64,000 bases of DNA from an uncultured Rhodospirillaceae bacterium (GTDB lineage Bacteria > Pseudomonadota > Alphaproteobacteria > UBA9219). Under the pieces are notes generated by a model. That model saw only the letters and a list, made by a program, of their open reading frames with translations. It was not told where the DNA came from and did not search any database. Position numbers and translations under genes: made by a program. The stretch lies in NCBI GenBank assembly GCA_964390005.1, contig CAYMGM010000003.1, positions 81,758 through 145,757 on the forward strand, read 5' to 3'. Of the stretch, positions 35,387-44,303 are shown one piece after another (the first letter of the stretch is position 1; every line of letters begins with the position of its first letter).

Positions 35387-37246
35387 CTAGATCTGACGCA
35401 CGCCCCGCGTCTCTTTTCCGGGGCGGTCTGACCAGCTTTGAGCGACGCCAAGCCCAAGAAGAATTGCATAACTGGCGGCAATGGCTGGAATTTGCAGGCT
35501 AAAGTCTGCCAAAGCATGCAGCCCCACCAAAACACTGGCGGCCAAACCTAAGGTCGGCACATATTCCATGCGTCGTCGCTGCCGCACGCCTTGCGCACAA
35601 AGCGAAAGAAGGACCAAAAGCATGACGCCAAAAACAATGCAGGCTGGCAAGCCCCACTCGACGGCCAGCTCAAGATAATCGTTATGGGCGTGTTGAAAGC
35701 GCAAAGGCAGCGTATCGTTACGATAAAGGCGGAACGCGTTTTCAAAAGCGCCGAGCCCAAAGCCAAGCCACGGATTGTCCAAAATAGCATCGGCGGCCAG
35801 ATCATAGGCGCGCAGGCGCATTTCGGCGTCTTCGCCCAAAGTCGGCGAAACGCCTTCGCCGCGCGCGACAAGCAAATGTCCCGATGCGGCCAAAAGGCCG
35901 CCTAACAAGCCGATCAAGACAAGGCCGATGGCCAGGCCGCGCCAGCTTATGCCAAAACGGTTGATGATCAGACAAACGACAAAGACAAGCGCCCCCCCCG
36001 CCGTGCTGAAAAAGCCCGCGCGCGATCCCGATAAGACAAGAGCACAGAACAAAAGAACAGGCGGAAGAAAGACAAACAGGTCTTTGCGTTTCAGCCCCGT
36101 GCAAAAAGTCACGAAACGAATGCCCCACGAAAAATTCGTTCCGCCCATGCCAAAACGGTGTTTCATTTGCTGCCAAAGTAAGGCCAAACTTGCCAGAAAG
36201 GCTAAGCCCGTGTAGGTCGCAAAAGAGTTCTTGTTGATAAACGGCCCCGTGACAAAGCCTTCATACATCGTTTTGGGAAACCATAGAACGCGCTCTATCC
36301 CCAGCCAATGATCCAACAAGCCATATACGGCGTAAAAACAGGCCGTGCCGACAAAGACGCGCAACATAAGCTTGGCGCGCGCGCCGTCTCTTCCGGCAAA
36401 CAAGGCCAACAGGAAAAAAACGACATAGGACAAAACACGGGTCAATGATTCCTGTGCCGCGCTGGGGTCGATTGAAATCGCGCCATCTGACGGCGATTGG
36501 CCCGTAAGGGGGGCAGCCTCGATCCACAAGGGATGATGCCACGCGAGCGGCGTCCAGCTTACGACTTGAACCCAGCTCCAGCCAATCAGCGCTGTCATCA
36601 AGCCAACGGCAACAGCTAGCCTTTTATAAGGCGCGGCGCCCTCCCACTTTTCAGGCTTTTTGTAACGCGCATAAAGCGCGGCCATTAAAATCAACGCGCA
36701 AAAAACGCCCATAAGATCGCTGGACCAAGGGCGGTTGGCCCCAAAAGGAAGCGGTAAAAGCGCCCACAACCCCATAAAAGCTAAAAACCATCCCGGCTTG
36801 TCGGCAAACAGGGGGGCGGTTTGTTTGGTTGCGGCTTTCATCGCCTGCGCCCGACGCCGCGGTTGAGACTTTTCTTCTGCAACCATCGCGTCAAACGCCG
36901 CGCGGGAGGGAAACGGTTTTTGCGGCCTTGGCTGCGGCAGAACGGGGGCTTCAGGGGCTTCCGTGAGCGCCGGTTCTTGCGGTTGCTCATTCTCTGGCGC
37001 TGGCTCTTGTTGAGGCTCTGGTGCGGGTGGGGCAGGGGCTTCTTGAGGCGCGATAATCTCTTCGGCGACCTTGACCTCTTCTGTCGTTTTTTCTGCTGCG
37101 TTTTCTGGCGCGACGGGCGGCTCGGGCAAATCTAACGCCAGATTTTCTGGGGCGACAGCTGCCTGCGTTTCAGCCGTGGCGCGCTTTGATGTCGCGCCTT
37201 TCTTTTTGCGAGAGCCTGTCCGTGAAGCGTTCTTTTTCGTAGCCAT
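35387..37246 (-). CDS. O-antigen ligase / Wzy_C-family polytopic membrane protein with a Pro/Glu/Ala-rich N-terminal extension
   Basis: At least 10 predicted TM helices and the motif FQHAHNDYLELAVEWGL (H.HN.YL..l.e.G of the Wzy_C/RfaL/PglL families). Start re-picked at MATKKNASRTGSRKKKG (ATG 37246). Confidence 0.8.
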   Translation of the reverse strand: MATKKNASRTGSRKKKGATSKRATAETQAAVAPENLALDLPEPPVAPENAAEKTTEEVKVAEEIIAPQEAPAPPAPEPQQEPAPENEQPQEPALTEAPEAPVLPQPRPQKPFPSRAAFDAMVAEEKSQPRRRAQAMKAATKQTAPLFADKPGWFLAFMGLWALLPLPFGANRPWSSDLMGVFCALILMAALYARYKKPEKWEGAAPYKRLAVAVGLMTALIGWSWVQVVSWTPLAWHHPLWIEAAPLTGQSPSDGAISIDPSAAQESLTRVLSYVVFFLLALFAGRDGARAKLMLRVFVGTACFYAVYGLLDHWLGIERVLWFPKTMYEGFVTGPFINKNSFATYTGLAFLASLALLWQQMKHRFGMGGTNFSWGIRFVTFCTGLKRKDLFVFLPPVLLFCALVLSGSRAGFFSTAGGALVFVVCLIINRFGISWRGLAIGLVLIGLLGGLLAASGHLLVARGEGVSPTLGEDAEMRLRAYDLAADAILDNPWLGFGLGAFENAFRLYRNDTLPLRFQHAHNDYLELAVEWGLPACIVFGVMLLVLLSLCAQGVRQRRRMEYVPTLGLAASVLVGLHALADFSLQIPAIAASYAILLGLGVAQSWSDRPGKETRGVRQI

Positions 37247-37371
37247 GCCAAGACCAAGTAAAAACAAAAGGTTATAATGTATTTCCCCGTCCTTTATAAA
37301 GCATCTTGCCGCTAAAGGCAAAAAAGGGATGGGTGTGTCTAAGTAATTAAAAAATAAGTCTAATTTGGATG

Positions 37372-37405
37372 TGAAAGAAAAGGCGCGCCCTTTTCAGAGC
37401 GCGCC
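37372..37405 (-). terminator. Intrinsic terminator downstream of the alcohol dehydrogenase gene
   Basis: GGCGCGC / GCGCGCC stem (37382..37388 and 37399..37405), followed on the minus strand by TTTTCTTTC. Confidence 0.65.
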
Positions 37406-37431
37406 TTCATCTTAAGTAACAGCCTAAATGA

Positions 37432-38613
37432 TTAGAGGGCTGTCTTGTAGATCGCCGCGATTTCCGCATCTTTGGCGCGGCGCGGGTTGGTCAAGCCACA
37501 GACGTCTTTCTGCGCATTGGCCGTCATAGTGGGGATGTCGGCTTCTTTGACGTCTTTGCCGTACATCTTGCCCAAATCGACCAAGCCCGCGGGGATGCCG
37601 ACGTCAGCCGACAAACGCGCCATGGCTTCAACAGCCAATTCGGCGGCGTCGCGCTGCGACAAGCCTGTGATATCTTCGCCGAAGTGAACAGCCATTTCGG
37701 CGAACTTTTCGACGCGCGAGATCAAGTTGAAGCGTTGCACGTGCGGCAGCAAAACCGCGTTGCACATACCGTGCGGCAAATCATAGAAGCCGCCCAGCTG
37801 GTGCGCCATCGCGTGGACATAACCCAGGCTGGCGTTGTTGAAAGCCATACCAGCCAAATATTCGGCATGGGCCATCGCGTCGCGTGCTTCGATATCGGCG
37901 CCATTGGCCACGGCCTTGCGCAGATATTTGAAGATCAGCTTGAAGGTCATAATAGCAGCCGAATCTGTCATTGGCGTCGCGGCTGTCGAAACGAAAGCTT
38001 CAACGGCGTGCGTCAAAGCGTCCATACCGGTCGCAGCGGTCAAGGACGGCGGCATGCCGACCATCAACATCGGATCATTGATCGCAACGTTCGGCGTGAC
38101 GCGCCAATCGACGATCGCCATTTTCACATGACGGGCCGTATCGGTGATGATGGTGAAACGCGTCATTTCCGAAGCCGTGCCAGCCGTCGTGTTGACAGCG
38201 ACATAAGGCATCAAAGGCTGCGTCGATTTGTCGAGACCTTCATAATCTTGGATCTTGCCGCCATTTTTGACGACGAGGCCAATGGCCTTACCGCAGTCAT
38301 GGGGGCTGCCGCCGCCCAGCGTGATCAAGCTGTCGCAGCCGCTGCTTTTGTACAGATCGGCGCCAGCATGAACATTGCTGTCGGTGGGGTTGGGGACGGT
38401 TTCGTCGAAAATGGTATAGGACATGCCAGCGCCATCCAGAAGGTCGGTCACCGTTTTCAGGATGCCAGCGGCAGCGACGCCTTTATCCGTAACGATCAGC
38501 GGCTTTTGGCCGCCCAGCGCTTTAATTTTGGCGGGCAGGGTTTTCACAGCCCCAATGCCGATTTGCGTTTCGCTCGGCATAAAGAAGCCAAAAACCTGAT
38601 CTTGAACTGCCAT
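37432..38613 (-). CDS. Iron-containing (group III) alcohol dehydrogenase
   Basis: GGGSPHDCGKA and HAMAHQLGG metal-binding motifs. Start re-picked at MAVQDQVFGFFMP (ATG 38613, AAGGAG RBS). Confidence 0.9.
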   Translation of the reverse strand: MAVQDQVFGFFMPSETQIGIGAVKTLPAKIKALGGQKPLIVTDKGVAAAGILKTVTDLLDGAGMSYTIFDETVPNPTDSNVHAGADLYKSSGCDSLITLGGGSPHDCGKAIGLVVKNGGKIQDYEGLDKSTQPLMPYVAVNTTAGTASEMTRFTIITDTARHVKMAIVDWRVTPNVAINDPMLMVGMPPSLTAATGMDALTHAVEAFVSTAATPMTDSAAIMTFKLIFKYLRKAVANGADIEARDAMAHAEYLAGMAFNNASLGYVHAMAHQLGGFYDLPHGMCNAVLLPHVQRFNLISRVEKFAEMAVHFGEDITGLSQRDAAELAVEAMARLSADVGIPAGLVDLGKMYGKDVKEADIPTMTANAQKDVCGLTNPRRAKDAEIAAIYKTAL

Positions 38614-38990
38614 GGAAAAACTCCTTTGGTTAAGTTTAGGTGGTTTGAAGAAATCAGACAGATCCGGACGACCTGTCGTCGAGACCGAGGGGGATAAAAA
38701 CACAAGCCGACTAAAGCTTGGTTAACGGGAAGTGTGATCTAACTTTTTGTTTTGTCAACGCAATCTTAAAGAATTCAGTAAAATCCGCAGGATGCGGGGT
38801 TTGTACACAGATAGGCATGCCGTTTGTGCCCGAATAAAAAGTGTGATTCGTTTGGGAAGAGGCACAAGGGGGCGCGAAGAAAAAAAGAAGGGAAGGGGTT
38901 TTTCTTGTTGATTTACGGCTTCGGCTCGTTTAACAGTGCGCGGCGCCCGATGATGCAGCCTGAGGGGCTGTTGTTTTGTGCGCAAGAGAA

Positions 38991-39066
38991 GTCCCCTTCG
39001 TCTAGAGGCCTAGGACACCACCCTTTCACGGTGAAAACACGGGTTCGAATCCCGTAGGGGACGCCA
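38991..39066 (+). tRNA. tRNA-Glu (anticodon UUC), CCA encoded
   Basis: GTCCCCTTCGTCTAGAGGCCTAGGACACCACCCTTTCACGGTGAAAACACGGGTTCGAATCCCGTAGGGGACGCCA. It folds as a cloverleaf (acceptor GTCCCCT/AGGGGAC, T-arm ACGGG-TTCGAAT-CCCGT, anticodon loop CTTTCAC) and is near-identical in layout to E. coli tRNA-Glu. Confidence 0.95.
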
Positions 39067-39073
39067 ACAAAAG

Positions 39074-39098
39074 AGCCGCCATTTGGGCGGCTTTTTTG
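39074..39098 (+). terminator. Intrinsic terminator after tRNA-Glu
   Basis: AGCCGCC-ATTTG-GGCGGCT hairpin followed by TTTTTT. Confidence 0.8.
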
Positions 39099-39342
39099 TT
39101 GGCGTTTTCTTCCGTAGAAAGAACCCGTAGGGCCGGCGGGCCGCCGGGGGCCTTTGTTATTCTTTCCGCGTCATCTCAATGTTTGATGGCTGAAACGCCT
39201 GTGAAGCGGTGGGAGAACTTAACGGTATTGATTTAAGACTATTTTAAGCTTGCCTTGCTAGCGATAGTATTCACACTCGTCGTGAGAGGTGGGATTCGCG
39301 CCTCTGCACGTTTCTTTCTGCCTATCCACTTGGGTGATTTCC

Positions 39343-42300
39343 ATGTCCTCTTTCCCGCTCAGAACATTCCTTGCCGCGTTGCTGGCTTCAAGCTGCTTTG
39401 TGCCTGTGGCGCAGGCGGCGACGATCACATGGGACGGCGGGGCGGGAACATCAAGCTGGTTTGATGCTAACAATTGGAGTGGAAATGCCGTTCCGACGAG
39501 TAGTGATGAAGTGCGGTTGGATGCAATAGGCGTTGACGTTAACGGACTTGTGGAAAGCACTGCGACGCTAAGCGTTGGGCATACAGGAACTGCTTCTTTG
39601 GCAATTGAGAATGGCGGCGCTGTTACGTCGTCTTCAGGTAATCATATTTTTGTTGGAAATGCCTCTGGCAGCAATGGAACGATTACAGTTAATGGAACGA
39701 ACTCGACGTTAGAAAGCGGAAACCAGCTTATTGTCGGATATCATGGCACGGGACGTTTAACCATTTCAGATGGTGGAAATGCAACAGCAGATTCAAGTAT
39801 TTATGCTGGTTACCTAACGGATGGTGTCGGCACGATTGTCGTTACAGGCTCTGATTCGATGTTGGAGAGTGGAAAACATTTTTTCGTTGGCTATTCCGGT
39901 AGCGGCAGCCTAACGGTTTCTGATGGTGGTACCGTCAGCTCTGCATCAGGGTATAATATTTATGCAGGTACCTATACTGGAAGCACAGGAACAATCACAG
40001 TAACAGACATTGGATCGACGTTGGAGAGTGGAAATGCCGTCGTTATCGGCAATTATGGCACTGGCACGCTGACAATATCTGGCGGAGGCTATGTCGGCTC
40101 TACGGATGACAGCATTTATGTAGGTTACAACGCTGGTAGCACAGGAACAATCACAGTAACAGGTTCTGGATCAACGTTGGCGAGTGGCAGAAATGTTTAC
40201 ATAGGCCAATCAGGCACAGGTACGCTGGTCATCTCGGATGGTGGTATTGTGAGTGATGCCTATGGAGAAATAGGAACCGTAGCTAACTCTATCGGCACAG
40301 TAACTGTAGTCGGTACAGGATCAAGGTGGACAAACTCTGATATTCTGTATGTTGGGCGTTCCGGTTCCGGAACGATGTTGGTTTCTTCTGGAGGCACTGT
40401 TAGTAGTGGCACCTCTTATATCGGGGCATGGAGCAACTCCACGGGCGACGTCACAGTAACCGGCTTGGGATCAACGCTGGAAAGCGGGCAGAATATTTCC
40501 GTCGGAAATGCGGGTGACGGCACACTCACGGTATCAGACTCTGGCACCGTTTCCACGTCTGGCGTCCTCACCATCGCGGCGGACACCGTCTCCACCGGTA
40601 CGCTGAACATCGGTGCGGCGTCGGGCTCTTCTGCCGTGGCTCCCGGCACGGTTACAGCCTCGCGCGGCATCGTCTTCGGCGGCGGCACCGGTACGATCGT
40701 CTTCAACCATACATCGACCAACTATACCTTCGCGTCGTCGATCTCCGGCGTGGGCACTATCGAGAGCGTCACGGGTACGACCTATCTCACTGGCGATCTT
40801 TCCGGCTTTTCCGGCACGTTCGATCTCGAGGGCGGGACGTTGAGCGTCGTGACCTCCGGCGTGCAGACCCTTTCAAACAGCCTCTCGGGCTCGGGCACCA
40901 TGGCCTTCGCCTCCGGCACCACCTACCTGACTGGCGACAGCTCGTCTTTCACCGGCACGGCAGCCGTGTCCGGTTCGGGGATCCTGTCCGTGAACGGAAC
41001 ACTCGGGGGTACGGTGGACGTAGCTGACGGCGGCACCTTGAAGGGCTCGGGCACCGTCGGTGGGATTGATGCGGCTTCGGGCGGCACAGTCGCCCCTGGC
41101 AACTCCATCGGAACCCTTTCTGTCTCTGGCAATGTGAGCTTTGCTAGTGGTTCGACCTATGACGTTGAGGCCAATCTTACCAGCTCGGACAAAATCGTAG
41201 CCACAGGCGCGGCCACAATCACGGGCGGAGACGTATCGCTGATCGCCTATCAAGGGGCGCTGCTTCGCGCCGGGACCACCTACACCATCTTGACCGCCGA
41301 TGGCGGCGTCTCAGGCACGTTTGACAGCATTTCTTTTGCCGATCCTCTTCTCTTTTTGACCGCGACGCTGTCCTATGATGCGACGGATGTTTACGCCTCA
41401 GTGATCCGCAATGGGGTTAGCTTGGCCAGCGTGGCCGGATCGGGCAATCAGGCGAACGCCGCCGCCGCAATCGAAAGCCTTGGCGCCGGGAATGCCGTTT
41501 ACGATGCCGTGGCCATGCAAAGCGATGTCGGCACGACACGCCAAGCCTATCAGGCTCTGTCAGGCGAGATTCACGCGAACGTGAAGGCCACGCTTCTTGA
41601 AGATCAAGCCGCCTTCGGGCGCGTCTTGGCCGGACGTTTGGCGCAGGCCGAAGACAATCAAACAGGGTTTGCCGCGCCGGTGACGGCTCCGGCCCCTGTG
41701 GTCGCTTCTGCGCGCGGGCGGATCCTTTATGGCGACAAGATCGCGAATGATGCTGCTGTTGCAAATGCCAAGATTGCGCCGACCGTTTGGGCGCAGGGCT
41801 TTGGCGGCTGGGGCAGCCGCGACGGCGACGCGAACGCCAGAGATTTTAAGCATCAAGACAAAGGTCTGATGCTGGGCGTGGACGGGATGATGGGGGATAA
41901 CTGGCGTCTTGGCCTCGCCTTTGGCTATGACCATGCGGATTATAATCAAGAGGACGAGACAGGCGACAAGGGCACGTCAGAGCGTTACAGCGTCTCGGCC
42001 TATGGCGGGCGGAGCTGGGGCAAGCTGAGCCTGCGAACTGGCCTTACCTATGCCTATAGCGACATCGACACCAAGCGGGGCGTGAGCTTTCCTTATTACA
42101 GCGATTATCTGAAAGGCTCCTATAACGCCCACAGCGTGAGCGGCTTTGCAGAAACGGCCTATGGCTTTGGCGACAAGGAAAGCAAGATCGAGCCCTTCGC
42201 CAATCTGGCTTGGGGTTATGTGAATGTGCCCGGCTTTACCGAAAAAGGCGGCGCGGCGGCGCTGACCGCCGAAGACAGCGACGGAACGCTGGGCAGCACA

Positions 42301-42609
42301 ACGCTGGGCGCGCGGGTGCGGCAAGTCTTGCCCTTCCTGACATCGGCCAACAATCGGGCGGCGTTCCAAGCCTCGGCGGGGTGGATGCACGCGATTGGCG
42401 ACGCGAACCCCGAGACCAGCTTGCGCTTTGCGGGCTCTCGCGCCTTTGAAACCCAAGCGGCCCCGCTGGCCCGCGATGCCGCTGTTCTTGGCGCTGGCGT
42501 TGATTATCTGATCGGCCAGCAAACCACGCTTGGCCTTGCGTACACCGGCCAGATCGGCGCGCACGCCGACACCCAAGCCCTTCGCGGGAATCTGAGCTAT
42601 CGGTTCTAA
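39343..42609 (+). CDS. Classical (type Va) autotransporter with a repeat-rich passenger
   Basis: Signal peptide MSSFPLRTFLAALLASSCFVPVAQA. ITWDGGAGTSSWFDANNWSG opening. Seven roughly 58-aa tandem repeats (G(S/T)xGT(I/V)TVTG..STLESG...(L/V)T(I/V)SDGG), then PATR-like beta-strand repeats. C-terminal beta-barrel ending LRGNLSYRF. Confidence 0.9.
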   Translation: MSSFPLRTFLAALLASSCFVPVAQAATITWDGGAGTSSWFDANNWSGNAVPTSSDEVRLDAIGVDVNGLVESTATLSVGHTGTASLAIENGGAVTSSSGNHIFVGNASGSNGTITVNGTNSTLESGNQLIVGYHGTGRLTISDGGNATADSSIYAGYLTDGVGTIVVTGSDSMLESGKHFFVGYSGSGSLTVSDGGTVSSASGYNIYAGTYTGSTGTITVTDIGSTLESGNAVVIGNYGTGTLTISGGGYVGSTDDSIYVGYNAGSTGTITVTGSGSTLASGRNVYIGQSGTGTLVISDGGIVSDAYGEIGTVANSIGTVTVVGTGSRWTNSDILYVGRSGSGTMLVSSGGTVSSGTSYIGAWSNSTGDVTVTGLGSTLESGQNISVGNAGDGTLTVSDSGTVSTSGVLTIAADTVSTGTLNIGAASGSSAVAPGTVTASRGIVFGGGTGTIVFNHTSTNYTFASSISGVGTIESVTGTTYLTGDLSGFSGTFDLEGGTLSVVTSGVQTLSNSLSGSGTMAFASGTTYLTGDSSSFTGTAAVSGSGILSVNGTLGGTVDVADGGTLKGSGTVGGIDAASGGTVAPGNSIGTLSVSGNVSFASGSTYDVEANLTSSDKIVATGAATITGGDVSLIAYQGALLRAGTTYTILTADGGVSGTFDSISFADPLLFLTATLSYDATDVYASVIRNGVSLASVAGSGNQANAAAAIESLGAGNAVYDAVAMQSDVGTTRQAYQALSGEIHANVKATLLEDQAAFGRVLAGRLAQAEDNQTGFAAPVTAPAPVVASARGRILYGDKIANDAAVANAKIAPTVWAQGFGGWGSRDGDANARDFKHQDKGLMLGVDGMMGDNWRLGLAFGYDHADYNQEDETGDKGTSERYSVSAYGGRSWGKLSLRTGLTYAYSDIDTKRGVSFPYYSDYLKGSYNAHSVSGFAETAYGFGDKESKIEPFANLAWGYVNVPGFTEKGGAAALTAEDSDGTLGSTTLGARVRQVLPFLTSANNRAAFQASAGWMHAIGDANPETSLRFAGSRAFETQAAPLARDAAVLGAGVDYLIGQQTTLGLAYTGQIGAHADTQALRGNLSYRF

Positions 42610-42637
42610 GAAAGAGCCCCTTAGCGCAGTGGAGGAT

Positions 42638-42664
42638 CAAAAGGTGAGCTGAGCTCACCTTTTG
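42638..42664 (+). terminator. Strong hairpin after the autotransporter gene (probable terminator)
   Basis: 12-bp perfect stem CAAAAGGTGAGC / GCTCACCTTTTG with a 3-nt loop. The A/T tracts are inside the stem ends, so it could act in both directions. Confidence 0.5.
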
Positions 42665-42666
42665 AC

Positions 42667-42679
42667 AATCCCGTAGGGG
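42667..42679 (+). repeat. Direct repeat of the tRNA-Glu 3' end (AATCCCGTAGGGG)
   Basis: Exact 13-nt copy of 39048..39060 (T-arm 3' strand plus acceptor 3' strand), 16 of 20 identical when extended. A shorter copy CCCGTAGGG lies at 39124..39132. Confidence 0.6.
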
Positions 42680-42948
42680 GCAACAATTAGACTATTCATA
42701 CTTGATCTTTCCCACTCTAAAACCCGCGCAGATTAGTCCGCGAGAAGCATGACGAAGTCTGAAGGGCTTGATGGGGCACCGTGCTGCCCCCGGCCCAGTA
42801 CCGTGAAAAAAGCGTCATGGCTTGCCTCTTTGGGGACTGATCCTGCCTATAATGGGTACTTTAACCTTTCAGTGACTTTGATTCCATTCAAGAAAGCATT
42901 TTCTGTTTGGTAAAATGACTTTGTATTTATTTGATATTGGGGATGTTT

Positions 42949-43494
42949 ATGGAACAGGATGCCGAAATGCTGGGCCAAGGTGATACCGACGTTTCTCAAA
43001 ATCCGTATCAAGACCTGACCGAAGCGGCGTTAGCCGATTACATAGCCCGCCATAAAAGGGAACTTGCGTCCCTTGAAAACGATGCTTTTAAAAAAGCGGC
43101 CCAGCAGATTACGACTCGTGACGACGCATTTCTCAGAAGCGCCTGTGACGTTCGTAATGGCCTCTTCACGATTCAACGCAGAATTGGGCAAATATCCGAA
43201 GTCCTGCAAGACCGCCTTGACGCTGCAGGGGAGACAAAAAACAATCTGGTCAACGAATGGAAACAGATGCGTGTAACATGCTCCCGGATTAGCAAAAAGT
43301 CTGTTTGTCCACTTGGGCAGATTTCTCACACAATTGATGATTATCGCCATGCCTTTCCCAACGAGAAATCGACATTCCTAAAAAAGCTGGGACAAGTCAG
43401 CGTTGTTGCATCGATTGTTGCCGTCATTTCCGGCTATTTCTTCGGAGACAGCCTTAAGGCAAAGGCTCTAGTACGGGTGGTGGCCTCGTTATAG
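42949..43494 (+). CDS. Hypothetical protein with a C-terminal hydrophobic segment
   Basis: ORF in an AT-rich stretch with no recognisable motif. C-terminal VSVVASIVAVISGYFF. Start uncertain (42931, 42943 or 42949). Confidence 0.4.
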   Translation: MEQDAEMLGQGDTDVSQNPYQDLTEAALADYIARHKRELASLENDAFKKAAQQITTRDDAFLRSACDVRNGLFTIQRRIGQISEVLQDRLDAAGETKNNLVNEWKQMRVTCSRISKKSVCPLGQISHTIDDYRHAFPNEKSTFLKKLGQVSVVASIVAVISGYFFGDSLKAKALVRVVASL

Positions 43495-43596
43495 GGACTG
43501 TAATAGCGAACATGGGGCAAGTAAAAACGAAAACCGTGCCTAAAAGGCCCCTTGAAGCGGCAGAAATTCGGCAAGTGTACGCTTACCTCTCTTAGC

Positions 43597-43860
43597 TTAA
43601 GGGCCAGAGGGGGCTCCTACAGAGCTATCCGAAACTTGTGGCTGTGAGACGGGACTGTGGTTTTTCTTGGGGGGTAAAAGGACACGATCAAGGCGATTTG
43701 CCCAATAATTCGACTGGGCTGTCTTATCATTCTTGCCAAGCGTTTGCATCTCTTCGGCAGCGCTTTTGAAGCTAGCTCGAATCTTTTTAATCCCTCGCCA
43801 AAGCCCATAGCTAAAAGCTATTGAGCCAAGACTGATAAAAAATAGATCGGAATAAGCCAT
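43597..43860 (-). CDS. Hypothetical small membrane protein
   Basis: 87-aa version starting MAYSDLFFISLGSIAFSYGLW (GGAG RBS). AT-rich context; weak call. Confidence 0.3.
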   Translation of the reverse strand: MAYSDLFFISLGSIAFSYGLWRGIKKIRASFKSAAEEMQTLGKNDKTAQSNYWANRLDRVLLPPKKNHSPVSQPQVSDSSVGAPSGP

Positions 43861-44303
43861 CCTACGTCTCCGATTGAAGCCTTGTGGCAGTTTCCCACTT
43901 CCTGCCCTTAGCAACAAGTTTTTAATGCGTTGTTAATGACTTCATTTCTCGTTAACTTATGAACCAAAGGAAAAAAGATAGCATTGAAAAATAACGCGTA
44001 GTTCTTTTTATTTAAAAGAGGTCTTTTGGTTCTTCCCGATTTTTCTTATCATTACATTTGGGGCATTTAATCGATAGTGCCGCCGAAAGAGTATCTCCAT
44101 CGTTTTGTTTTACAAACAGAACGAACTATTCAATAGCGCCCGCATTTTAAGAAATATAACAACGAAGAAATATAAAGCATCTCCCCGTGTGTATTTCATT
44201 GTGACTTTAATTCTAGATTAATTCTTCTCCTGAAAAGTGGCAGGCAGCGAAGGGTGGGCCTTCTGTTTTTTGAAGTGTAGCTTAGCTATATAGGTGGGGA
44301 ATA

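Noticed and set aside
37684-38697. 337-aa plus-strand ORF
   Set aside because: Antisense to the iron-containing alcohol dehydrogenase frame, which has both metal-binding motifs.
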